A stretch of DNA of 64,000 nucleotides. Source: Vicinamibacterales bacterium. GTDB lineage: Bacteria > Acidobacteriota > Vicinamibacteria > Vicinamibacterales > UBA8438. Of the stretch, positions 43,122 through 51,613 are shown piece by piece; the first letter of the stretch is position 1; the number at the start of each line of letters is the position of its first letter. Below the pieces are notes generated by a model. That model ran no database searches and was not told where the DNA came from. It saw only the letters and a list, made by a program, of their open reading frames with translations. The stretch lies in contig OZ242323.1 of assembly GCA_965208165.1 (NCBI GenBank), forward strand, positions 4,851,617 through 4,915,616, in the 5' to 3' direction. The position numbers were made by a program, and so were the translations under genes.

Positions 43122-44324
43122 TCACTGCACCCAGTGCTCGACCGGCTTCTCCAGGAACTCCTCCAGCGCGATGCCGTCGCCGCCGACGAGCAGCGTGCGC
43201 GACGGCCGGAACGCCGCGTCGAAGGCGGCCATTCCCGGCAGGGCGGCCGGGGACCGCCCGCTCTTCACCTCCAACGCGACCAGCTTGCGGCCCGCGCGCA
43301 CCACGAAGTCGACCTCTCGGCCGCGGTCACGCCAGTAGAAGACCTCCATCGCGCCGCCGGCCGCCGCGTTGACGAGGTGCGCGCCCACCGCCGATTCGGT
43401 CAGCCGTCCCCGGAACTCGCGGTCCGCCCGGGCCTCGGGCGGGGTGAGGCCCGACAGGGCGGTCATCAGCGCCGTGTTGAAGACCTGCAGCTTCGGGCTC
43501 GACCCGCGCCGCCGCGCCGCGCCGCCGGCGTACTTGGGCACCCCGATGATCATCCCGGCACCCGCCAGCAGATCGAGGTAGTGGGCGAGGGTGGTTGTGT
43601 TGCCGGCGTCCTGCAGCTGCCCCAGCATCTTGGTGTACGACAGAATCTGCCCGGAGTACGCGCAGCCCAGCTCGAACAGCCGCCGCAGGAGGGCCGGCTT
43701 GTCGACCCGCGACAACAGCAGCACGTCGCGGGAGATCGTCGGCTCGACGAGGGCGTCGCGGACGTACCGCGCCCAACGGTCGGGCTCGCCGGCGAGCGCG
43801 GCCGCGCCGGGATAGGCGCCGTGGAAGAGATACCGGTCCAGCGACCAGCCGAACGCGGCCCGCATCTCGGCCAGGCTCCAGTGCGGCAGATGCAGCACCT
43901 CGAAGCGCCCCGCCAGGCTGTCGCCGAGTCCCCGCTGCACCAGCAGGGGCGCCGACCCCAGCAGCGCCACCTTGATCGGCCGGCCCGCGTGGGTGTCGGC
44001 GTCCCAGAGGCCCTTGACGACGTCGGACCAGCCGGTCACCTTCTGCACCTCGTCGAGGACGAGCAGGACGTCGCCGCCGCCGGCCTCGCCCGCGATCAGC
44101 CGCGCCGCCTCCCAGTGCGCCTGGATCCACCGCGCGTCGCGCAACGTCGGCTCGTCCGCGCTGGCGTACCGCGCCGGCCGCCCCCACCGCTCCATCACCT
44201 GTCTGGCGACGGTCGTCTTGCCGACCTGCCGCGCCCCTGACAGCACCTGGATGAACCGGCGCGGCTCCTGCAGCCGGCCCAGCAGGTCGGCCACCCGCCC
44301 CCGGGCGAACTCCACATTGCTCAT
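43122..44324 (-). CDS. AAA+ ATPase (AAA_14 plus DUF4143 type)
   Basis: 400 aa. FIQVLSGARQVGKTTV (Walker A), VLLVLDEVQKV (Walker B), DVLLLSRVDKPALLRRLFEL, and the C-terminal REVDFVV...LVALEVK restriction-endonuclease-like segment typical of DUF4143 proteins. Confidence 0.85.
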   Translation of the reverse strand: MSNVEFARGRVADLLGRLQEPRRFIQVLSGARQVGKTTVARQVMERWGRPARYASADEPTLRDARWIQAHWEAARLIAGEAGGGDVLLVLDEVQKVTGWSDVVKGLWDADTHAGRPIKVALLGSAPLLVQRGLGDSLAGRFEVLHLPHWSLAEMRAAFGWSLDRYLFHGAYPGAAALAGEPDRWARYVRDALVEPTISRDVLLLSRVDKPALLRRLFELGCAYSGQILSYTKMLGQLQDAGNTTTLAHYLDLLAGAGMIIGVPKYAGGAARRRGSSPKLQVFNTALMTALSGLTPPEARADREFRGRLTESAVGAHLVNAAAGGAMEVFYWRDRGREVDFVVRAGRKLVALEVKSGRSPAALPGMAAFDAAFRPSRTLLVGGDGIALEEFLEKPVEHWVQ

Positions 44325-44439
44325 GAAACTGAGTAATTATACTCTTTAATCTGAGTAAAATAAGTGCTTGCGGGGCGGCCCGGCGTCGTTCGCACGGCGT
44401 CGAGGAGGCGGGGCTCGAACACGCGGGGACCGGCGGCCG

Positions 44440-45588
44440 TCACTCGATGGCGTCGAGGAGGGCGGCGGTGTCGTCGGCGTCGTTGTACAGGTGGGGCGCG
44501 ACGCGGACGGCGTCGCCGCGGAACGACACCGCGACCTGCCGCTCGTGAAGGCGCTCGGCGAGGCGCGCCCGATCGACCGAGTCCCGCACCCGCACCCCGA
44601 AGAGGTGGCCGCCGCGCCAACGCGGCTCCTCGACCCGGTGCCCGCGCTCGCGCAGGGTGCGGCTCAGGGGATCGGCCAGGGCGCGGCAGTAGTCCTGGAT
44701 GGCGGGGACCGTCCACGCCAGCACGAGATCGAGGGCCGCGGCGAGCATGGGCAGGAGCACGAAGTTCGAGCGCTCGCCGACGTCGTAGCGCAGCGCCGCC
44801 GGCTGGTACTCGTCGCGATAGCGGACGAGCCCGGCGAACGCCTCGCTGCCGCGCCGGGTGATCCAGTTCTCCTCGATCGGCGTACCATGGTCGAAGGCGG
44901 GCCCGTACCAGGCCAGCCCCATCGAGTAGGGGCCGAGCAGCCACTTGTAGCCGGCGCAGACGAGGGCGTCGGGGCGGACGCGCTGGACGTCGAACGGCAT
45001 GGCCCCCACCGACTGGGTCCCGTCGACGGCGAGGAGGGCGTCGCAGTCGCGGGCGCGCTCGCCGACCCGCTCGAGGTCGAAGAGGGTGCCGTCGGCCCAG
45101 TGGACGTGGGGCACCGAGACGAGGGCGGTGCGCCGGTCGATGCTCGAGAGCAACCGGATGTTCCACTCGAGGGCCCGGCCGCGGGCGTCGGGCGGCGGCG
45201 CCGCGACGGTGCGAAGCTCGAGGCCGCGCTCGGCGCACAGGCGGCGCCAGGCGTAGACGTTGCTGGGGAACTGCTCTTCGAGGACGACGACGTTGTCGCC
45301 GCGCGCGGCGGGGACGTTGCGGGCGACGGCAGCCAGCCCGTAGGACACCGACGGGACGATGGCCACGCGTTTCGGGTCGGGGGCGTTGACGACCCGCGAG
45401 AACAGGCAGCGCACGTGGTCGCTCTCGTCGAAGAAGTCCTCGGGGCGAATCAGGTGCGGGGCCGTCCGCCGGTCGATGCCGCGGATGCCGGCGGCCCGGA
45501 CGGCGGCGGCGAGCGGCGCCATGAACGCGCAGTTCAGGTAGTGGACGCCGGCGGGCAACGTGAACGCGGAGCGCTGGCAGGAGATCAT
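44440..45588 (-). CDS. Aminotransferase class V / cysteine-desulfurase-like PLP enzyme
   Basis: Trimmed from the 682-aa ORF, whose upstream part is antisense to the dipeptidase gene, to MISCQRSAF... VHYLNCAFMAP, ALVSVPHVHWADGTLFDL, LAVDGTQSVGAMPFDV, CAGYKWLLGPYSMG (PLP-lysine context). Confidence 0.85.
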   Translation of the reverse strand: MISCQRSAFTLPAGVHYLNCAFMAPLAAAVRAAGIRGIDRRTAPHLIRPEDFFDESDHVRCLFSRVVNAPDPKRVAIVPSVSYGLAAVARNVPAARGDNVVVLEEQFPSNVYAWRRLCAERGLELRTVAAPPPDARGRALEWNIRLLSSIDRRTALVSVPHVHWADGTLFDLERVGERARDCDALLAVDGTQSVGAMPFDVQRVRPDALVCAGYKWLLGPYSMGLAWYGPAFDHGTPIEENWITRRGSEAFAGLVRYRDEYQPAALRYDVGERSNFVLLPMLAAALDLVLAWTVPAIQDYCRALADPLSRTLRERGHRVEEPRWRGGHLFGVRVRDSVDRARLAERLHERQVAVSFRGDAVRVAPHLYNDADDTAALLDAIE

Positions 45589-45855
45589 GGCGTGGCCCGG
45601 AAAGCGTCGCCGGTCGGCTCGGCCGCCGCCCCGGCCTCCAGCCGTCCGCACCGTTCCACGGCGCAGAGGCCTCGGCGGTCGTCGGCGTCGAGGCAGCTGG
45701 CGACGTCGCCTCGCCGATGTCGCCGAGGCGCAGGCCGTGATTCCCTTGCGGAAACGCCGGGGACACGACAAGGTACCGTCGTCAGAGCCCTGATCCGAGT
45801 ATAGACAGGCCGCTTGACCCCCACAAGGGCGGGCCGGTCGAGAGAGGAGGCGTCG

Positions 45856-47205
45856 ATGAACATGCCCGCGGGAAGGCTCATTCACCGGGGACGCGGCTCG
45901 CGGTACTTCTGCGCGGTGTTGGCGGGGCTGATGCTGCTCGGCGCGGGCACGGCGGCCCCGGCCCCGGCGGCCCCGCCGACGGGGGCCTCGCCTGCGGCCG
46001 CCCCGCCCCCGGCGGGGAGCCAGGAGACCGAGTCGGCCCTCGTCGCACGGGCGCGCGCCATCCACGACCGGGTGCTGACCATCGACACCCACGACGACAT
46101 TCCCCTCGACTTCGCGACCGCGACCACCGACCCCGGGGTGCGCGGGGAGCGTCAGGTCGACCTGCCCAAGATGGAGGAGGGCGGCCTCGACGCCGGCTTC
46201 TTCGTCGTCTACGTCGGGCAGACCGAGCGAACGCCCGAGAACGAGGCGCAGGCCAAGGCCGACGCGATGACCAAGTTCGAGGCCATCCGCCGCATGGCCG
46301 AGCAGATGTACCCGGACCGCATCGCCATCGCCTACACCGCCGACGACTTCGAGCGCATCGCCGGCAGCGGCAGGTCCATCGCGGCCATCGGCATCGAGAA
46401 CGGCTACGTCATCGGGCGCGACCTCTCGCTCATGCAGACCTACTACGACCTCGGCGCCCGCTACTTCGGCCTCGTCCACAACGGGCACAACGACATCGCC
46501 GACTCGGCCAACCCGCGGCCGAACCTAGGCGACGCCCCGGCCGAACACGGCGGCCTCAGCGCCTTCGGGGCCGAGGTCGTCGCCGAGGCGAACCGGCTGG
46601 GCATGATGCTCGACGTCTCGCACGCCTCGAGGGCGGCGATGCTCGACACCGTGCGGCTGTCGCGGGCGCCGGTCATCGCCTCGCACTCCAGCGTCCGGAC
46701 CCTCGCCGACAATCCGCGCAACCTCGACGACGAGCAGCTCCTGGCCCTGCGCGACAACGGCGGGGTCATGCACACCGTCGCCCTCGGCGCCTTCGTCAGC
46801 AGCGCGGCGGCGGCCCGCGGCGACGCCATCCGGACGCTACGGGCGGACATCGGGCTGCCGCGGTTCGGCCCGGCGGACCCGGCCGGCCTCGACGAGGCGG
46901 CCCGCGGCGAGTACGACCGCCGCATGGCCGAGATCGACGGGCGATGGCCGGCCGCCGACGTCGCCACGTTCGTCGACCACATCGACTACGCGGTCGAGCT
47001 GATCGGCCTCGACCACGTCGGCATCAGCTCCGACTTCGACGGCGGCGGCGGCGTCGTGGGGTGGAACCACGCCGGCGAGACCTTCAACGTCACCCTCGAG
47101 CTGGTGCGGCGCGGCTACACCGAGGCCGAGATCGCGCAGCTCTGGGGCGGCAACCTGCTGCGGGTGCTGCGCGAGGTCGAGCGGGTGGCGGCGGCCAGCC
47201 GCTAG
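45856..47205 (+). CDS. Membrane dipeptidase (peptidase M19 family), secreted
   Basis: ATG at 45856 after GAGAGGAGG. Signal-like FCAVLAGLMLLGAGTA. LTIDTHDDIPLDF, IGIENGY, LVHNGHNDIADS, MLDVSHAS, VIASHSS, GISSDFDGGGG. Confidence 0.9.
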   Translation: MNMPAGRLIHRGRGSRYFCAVLAGLMLLGAGTAAPAPAAPPTGASPAAAPPPAGSQETESALVARARAIHDRVLTIDTHDDIPLDFATATTDPGVRGERQVDLPKMEEGGLDAGFFVVYVGQTERTPENEAQAKADAMTKFEAIRRMAEQMYPDRIAIAYTADDFERIAGSGRSIAAIGIENGYVIGRDLSLMQTYYDLGARYFGLVHNGHNDIADSANPRPNLGDAPAEHGGLSAFGAEVVAEANRLGMMLDVSHASRAAMLDTVRLSRAPVIASHSSVRTLADNPRNLDDEQLLALRDNGGVMHTVALGAFVSSAAAARGDAIRTLRADIGLPRFGPADPAGLDEAARGEYDRRMAEIDGRWPAADVATFVDHIDYAVELIGLDHVGISSDFDGGGGVVGWNHAGETFNVTLELVRRGYTEAEIAQLWGGNLLRVLREVERVAAASR

Positions 47206-47395
47206 CCGCAATCGTCGCCAGCGGTTCCGCTTGGCCCCCTGCCGACTCGCCAGGAGTCGGCGCCGTTCCACGGCACGGACTCCTGGCCCGCTGCAGCGTC
47301 GAGGGCAGGCCCTGCGCGGCGACAGAGGTTCCGAGTCAAAACGACGGGCGCCAGGACGCTGCATCGTCGAGGGCAGGCCGGACGCCGGCGACCGA
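47201..47395. repeat. REP/MITE-like repeat cluster J (about 2 units, reverse orientation)
   Basis: GCTAGCCGCAATCGTCGCCAGCGGTTCCGCTTGGCCCCCTGCCGACTCGCCAGGAGTCGGCGCC-GTTCCAC-GGCACGGACTCCTGGCC... The terminal CTAG contains the dipeptidase stop TAG (47203-47205). Confidence 0.8.
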
Positions 47396-47402
47396 GATTC
47401 CG

Positions 47403-48128
47403 ATGATCGAGACTCGCGGCTCACGTCCCGAGGCGGCAACCGCGCCGGGCCGAGACGGTGCATCGGCTCATGCGGCCGGACGCGGTCAGACCTTCGACCC
47501 GCGTACCGCATCGCTGAAGGCGGAAGATCGGCGGCTGCTGGCCCTCGTCGATGCCGCGCTGGAGCGGGCGCGGGCGTCGGCCGGGACCCACCTCGTCTGT
47601 CAGTCCGGCTGCACGCCCTGCTGCTTCGGCCCGTTCGCCATCACCCAGCTCGACGCCTGGCGTCTCCGCGAGGGGCTGCGCGCCCTGGCCGTGACCGAGC
47701 CCGGACGGGCGGCCGGGGTCCACGAACGCGCCGCGGCGGCGGTGGCGCGGCAGGCGCCCGCGTTCGGCCCCTGCCAGGAGGGCGTCTTCGCCACCGAAGC
47801 GGAAGAGGAACGGTTCTACGAGACCTTCGCGTCGGACCCCTGCCCCGCCCTCGACCCCGACTCGGGCGCCTGCACCGTCTACGCGTGGCGCCCGGTCGCC
47901 TGCCGCACCTACGGCCCCCCGGTGCGGATGCACGGCGACGACCTCCCCCCGTGTCCACTCTGCTTCAAGCGAGCGGCGCGGGAAGAGATAGAAGCGGCCC
48001 GCCAGACCATCGAGGCGGGCCACGTGCAGGACGCCCTGACCGATCGCGCGGAGCGGGAGACCGGCCGGCGGGGCATGACCACGATCGCCTTCGCCATCGC
48101 CGGCACGCCCGCCGAGGACCGGATATAG
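47403..48128 (+). CDS. YkgJ-family cysteine-cluster protein (UPF0153)
   Basis: Trimmed to ATG at 47403. CQSGCTPCCFGPF...CPALDPDSGACTVYAWRPVACRTYGPP...CPLCF matches the CxxCCxxP...CPxL...C.IY..RP..CR.YP pattern. Confidence 0.75.
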   Translation: MIETRGSRPEAATAPGRDGASAHAAGRGQTFDPRTASLKAEDRRLLALVDAALERARASAGTHLVCQSGCTPCCFGPFAITQLDAWRLREGLRALAVTEPGRAAGVHERAAAAVARQAPAFGPCQEGVFATEAEEERFYETFASDPCPALDPDSGACTVYAWRPVACRTYGPPVRMHGDDLPPCPLCFKRAAREEIEAARQTIEAGHVQDALTDRAERETGRRGMTTIAFAIAGTPAEDRI

Positions 48129-48468
48129 CTCTTGCCCGCTCGCCGGTCTCCCATCATCTGATCGAGCAAGTGGATCACGGACCCCGCCGCTACGCTACGC
48201 TTCCCAGCGCCCCAGCCAGACCCTCCCGCACGGGTTGACTCCCTCGCGCACTCCACCCCACCGTTGGGCCCACGCGTTTCTCCGACCCGCCGCGTCCGCC
48301 GCTCCCGACACTCGCTCGTAGTACAATTGCCCCGCCTGCCGGTGATGCCGTGCACAACACGACCAAACCCAGCTCCCTTCGTTGCGGCCCTTACCAGACC
48401 GCCGCGGATGCGTGCGCCGTCCGCCCGAGCCCTGCAAGAACGGTTCGCTCCCAACCCGGAATGGCACC

Positions 48469-49962
48469 ATGCTGACCCGACTGCAGGTCTCCGGCTTCAA
48501 GAACCTCGTCGACATCGATGTACGCTTCGGCCCGTTCACCTGCGTGGTGGGCCCCAATGGCGCCGGCAAATCGAATCTATTCGACGCGATCCGGTTCTTG
48601 CACGCACTAGCCGGCCACACACTGATGGAGGCAGTCGCCTCCGTCCGCGACCAGGACAGTCGCAACGCCGATGTGCGTAGTCTCTTTCATCACGCCGCGG
48701 GACACCATGCCGACAGGATGTCCTTCGCCGCCGAGATGATCGTGCCGGCAAGGGCCGTCGACGACCTGGGTCAGGAAGCCAAAGCCAGCATCACTTTCCT
48801 CCGATATTCGCTGGAACTGGCGTACCGAGACACCGGTGACGGTCCAACGCCCGGATCTCTGGAAATCACCAAGGAAGAGCTGGTCCACATCCCCCAAGGC
48901 GTCGCCGGTAAACACCTGCTGTTTCCTCATCGCGCCAAGGACTGGCGCCGGTCCGTCGTGCACGGTGAGCGTCGCGTGCCCTTCTTCATTTCCACCGAAG
49001 AAAACGGCGGCCATCGCGTCATCAAGCTGCATCAGGACGGCGGCAGCAGCGGACGCCCGTTGCGCCGATCTGCGACCAACCTCCCGCGCACTGTGCTGTC
49101 GGTTGCGAACGCCGCCGAGAGCCCCACGGTAGTAGTTGCGCGGCGAGAAATGGAAGCCTGGCGAATGCTGCAGCTCGAGCCGTCGTCCCTCCGAAGGCCG
49201 GACGAATTCTCTGCGCCCACGCGCTTGGGAACCGATGGCAGCCATCTGGCTGCGACGTTGTACCGTTTGGCTCGGCATGCCGGAGCTCATGGCTACAACA
49301 CTTCGATGGAGGAGAACACGTCTCGCACCTGCAGCCAGATAGCCATTCGCCTGAGCGAGCTCATCGACGACGTGCGCGACATCAGCATCGACAGAGACGA
49401 AAAGCGGGAACTGCTGACCCTGTATGCGCAAGATGGAGAGGGTACCCGTCATCCCGCCCGCGCACTGTCAGATGGCACCCTGCGCTTCCTGGCCCTGGCC
49501 GTCCTCGAGATGGACCCGGAGACTCAGGGCGTCCTCTGCCTCGAGGAACCCGAGAACGGCATCCATCCGGCGCGGATTCCCGCTATCCTGCAACTCTTGC
49601 GTGACATTGCCGTCGATGCGTCTGAGCCCCCGGGACCCGAGAATCCGTTGCGCCAGGTTATCGTCAACACACATTCACCAGCTGTCTTTCTGGAGGTGCC
49701 CGACGATAGCGTGGTTTTCGTGAAGACACAGGAAGCCATGGACGCGCAAGAGCACTTGTTCCGGAAGGCCCAATTCTACTGCCTGTCGGACACCTGGAGG
49801 GCCAGGGGCAATGGGGAACTGAGCGTCGTGCCCCGCGGCGATCTGCTCGCGTACCTGAACCCCGTGCTGCGGGACGTACCGAGGGAGGCCACGGCAAAGG
49901 AGCGTCGTGTCGTCGACCGTGAAGACCTGATGCCCCTCTTGCCTTTTCCCTCGCCCTTGTAG
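48469..49962 (+). CDS. SMC/ABC-type ATPase (AAA_21/AAA_15-like, OLD/AriA/PtuA-like class)
   Basis: Start at ATG 48469 (MLTRLQVSGFKNLVDIDVRFGPFTCVVGPNGAGKSNLFDAIRFL: N-terminal beta-strand plus Walker A). Q-loop-like MLQLEP. Signature-like LSDGTLRFLALAVL. Walker B VLCLEEPENGIHP. H-loop VIVNTHSP. Codons look more A/T-rich than in the flanks. Confidence 0.85.
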   Translation: MLTRLQVSGFKNLVDIDVRFGPFTCVVGPNGAGKSNLFDAIRFLHALAGHTLMEAVASVRDQDSRNADVRSLFHHAAGHHADRMSFAAEMIVPARAVDDLGQEAKASITFLRYSLELAYRDTGDGPTPGSLEITKEELVHIPQGVAGKHLLFPHRAKDWRRSVVHGERRVPFFISTEENGGHRVIKLHQDGGSSGRPLRRSATNLPRTVLSVANAAESPTVVVARREMEAWRMLQLEPSSLRRPDEFSAPTRLGTDGSHLAATLYRLARHAGAHGYNTSMEENTSRTCSQIAIRLSELIDDVRDISIDRDEKRELLTLYAQDGEGTRHPARALSDGTLRFLALAVLEMDPETQGVLCLEEPENGIHPARIPAILQLLRDIAVDASEPPGPENPLRQVIVNTHSPAVFLEVPDDSVVFVKTQEAMDAQEHLFRKAQFYCLSDTWRARGNGELSVVPRGDLLAYLNPVLRDVPREATAKERRVVDREDLMPLLPFPSPL

Positions 49963-49980
49963 CTTCGTCGACTGAATGCA

Positions 49981-50637
49981 GTGATTCGCTTTACGCTTGT
50001 GGCTGACGGCTCGTCGGATCGGGCGCTTCTTCCGGTCCTCGTATGGCTGTTGCGGGAGCACTTCGGGAACATTCCCATTCAGCCGGCGTTCTCAGACCTG
50101 CGTCGTCTTCGGAATCCACCCGGGCAGCTCTTTGAACGCATCGCCAAGGGTGTCGAGCTGTATCCTTGCGACCTGCTCTTCGTGCACCGCGACGCCGAAC
50201 GTGAAACGATGGACAAGCGTGAGGAGCAAATTCGCGAGTCCCTGGAAAGGTGCGCAATCGACGCGACGCTGCCGGTTGTTTGCGTGATTCCGGTGCGGAT
50301 GCAGGAAGCGTGGTTGCTCATCGACGAATCCACATTGAGGAGGGCCGCGGGGAATCCTCTGGGTCGTCGGCCACTGCCCGTACCTGACCCGAAGAGACTC
50401 GAAGACCTGCCGGACCCCAAACAGACCCTCCATGAACTTCTGCGCCAAGCGAGCGACCTTCACGGCAGACGGTTGGCGCGCTTCAACCGTGATGTGAGGC
50501 GCCACGTGCATCGCCTGGCCGAGCAGATCGAGGACTTCCGTCCGCTGCGGGGATTGTCGGCGTTCCAGAGGTTGGAACACGAAGTGGTCGCCGTTCGCCA
50601 GAGCGGCATTCTCCCCGCACTTGACAGTGTTCGCTAG
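49981..50637 (+). CDS. DUF4276 / Toprim-like small protein (candidate nuclease partner of the ATPase)
   Basis: GTG start 18 nt after the ATPase stop. 218 aa. N-terminal strand plus acidic pair (IRFTLVADGSSDRALLPVL), central acidic cluster (LLFVHRDAERE), and VVCVIPVRMQEAWLLIDE. This layout is what I recall for DUF4276 and OLD-type Toprim domains. The family assignment is from memory, not from a search. Confidence 0.65.
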   Translation: MIRFTLVADGSSDRALLPVLVWLLREHFGNIPIQPAFSDLRRLRNPPGQLFERIAKGVELYPCDLLFVHRDAERETMDKREEQIRESLERCAIDATLPVVCVIPVRMQEAWLLIDESTLRRAAGNPLGRRPLPVPDPKRLEDLPDPKQTLHELLRQASDLHGRRLARFNRDVRRHVHRLAEQIEDFRPLRGLSAFQRLEHEVVAVRQSGILPALDSVR

Positions 50638-51053
50638 GCATTGGTGTTGAGCCTCTGTGCTCTGCCGGGTCCTGTCGTCGGTCCTGTACCGCAGGTGGCG
50701 TCCGCCCGCGAGCCGGCCGCCGGCGCCGTCGGCCGGCAGCACGGGCAGGCGGGTGTGCATATGGAGGTTCTCGTCGCCGATGCAATCGCCATGGAGCAGC
50801 GTCGGGTGATCGAGCGGGGTGCGATCGCCGTAAGCGGGGACTGCGGCGGCCCCACGCTCGCGGCGGGGTTCCCGGCGGCCGGGTGCAGACCGATTGGAGG
50901 AAGCCGAGGCCGGTCGACCTCAGTTCCGGCCTGCCGCCCCTTCGCTCGGAGTCGGAGAGGACACCAGCGGCGTCAGATGGCGTTGGCGACGGCGACCCGG
51001 CCTGGCTCGCCCCCCTGACCAACCCCGGTCTTCGCCTCGTACGACACGTTTTT

Positions 51054-51091
51054 TGTAGACACGCTACTTTATATAGCGTAGCCTATCTACA
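51054..51091. promoter_or_regulatory. AT-rich palindromic operator/promoter abutting the padR start
   Basis: TGTAGACACGCTACTTTATATAGCGTAGCCTATCTAC-ATG. Inverted repeat ACGCTA (51061-51066) N7 TAGCGT (51074-51079) around TTTATATA. Outer GTAGAC/ATCTAC half-sites. No Shine-Dalgarno before the ATG at 51091. Confidence 0.5.
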
Positions 51092-51453
51092 TGACGACAG
51101 CTCCCGCGAGCAACCGGATCGAGCTGCTCTACGGCACCCTCGACCTGCTCATCCTGCGGACGCTCCTGTACGGGCCCTCGCACGGCCACGCCGTCGCCAA
51201 GCACATCCAGCGGGTCTCGGAGAACGCCCTGCAGATCGAGACGGGCTCGCTCTACCCTGCCCTGCACAAGCTGGAGAGGCGCGGCTGGATCGCGGCCGAG
51301 TGGAAGAAGTCGGACAAGGGCAAGCGCGCTCGCTACTACCACGTCACGCCGCTTGGCCGCGAGCATCTCACGGCGCAGCAGTCGCGCTGGGAGGCGCTGT
51401 CGGTGGCCATGGCGCGGGTGCTGCGGCCGGCCGAGCAGGAGTCGGGGCCGTAG
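51091..51453 (+). CDS. PadR family transcriptional regulator
   Basis: 120 aa. LYGTLDLLILRTLLYGPSHGHAVAKHIQ...GSLYPALHKLERRGWIAAEW...RARYYHVTPLGREHL is the PadR wHTH signature. Confidence 0.9.
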   Translation: MTTAPASNRIELLYGTLDLLILRTLLYGPSHGHAVAKHIQRVSENALQIETGSLYPALHKLERRGWIAAEWKKSDKGKRARYYHVTPLGREHLTAQQSRWEALSVAMARVLRPAEQESGP

Positions 51454-51613
51454 GGGCGGGGCGGGACCGACGGGCGGAGGCGGCAGCGTCCTAGTGCCGC
51501 TCTGGCGTTGGGGTTGCAGGAATCGGGACCGTAGCCCGGCGCAGACGGCCGGCGGGTCGGTAGTCGGACGGGAGTCCGAGCCCGGCCGGCGACTCCCCGG
51601 GGAGGAGGCGGCG

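Noticed and set aside
43078-43338. 86-aa ORF starting at the ATGA overlap with the AbrB-like gene, as candidate toxin
   Set aside because: It is fully antisense to the DUF4143 ATPase gene and has low-complexity Ser/Arg/Pro-rich sequence, with no PIN, MazF or other toxin motif.
44440-46488. 682-aa ORF for the aminotransferase
   Set aside because: The N-terminal ~300 aa are antisense to the M19 dipeptidase gene and low-complexity. The ORF was trimmed to MISCQRSAF... at 45588, where aminotransferase class V similarity begins.
50700-50830. Minus-strand reading ...DHPTLLHGDCIGDENLH..., which resembles the N-terminal GDC(L/I) motif of DNA methyltransferases
   Set aside because: No DPPY/NPPY or SAM-binding motif follows. 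The frame runs antisense into the DUF4276 gene. The similarity is limited to about 6 residues, so it is treated as chance.
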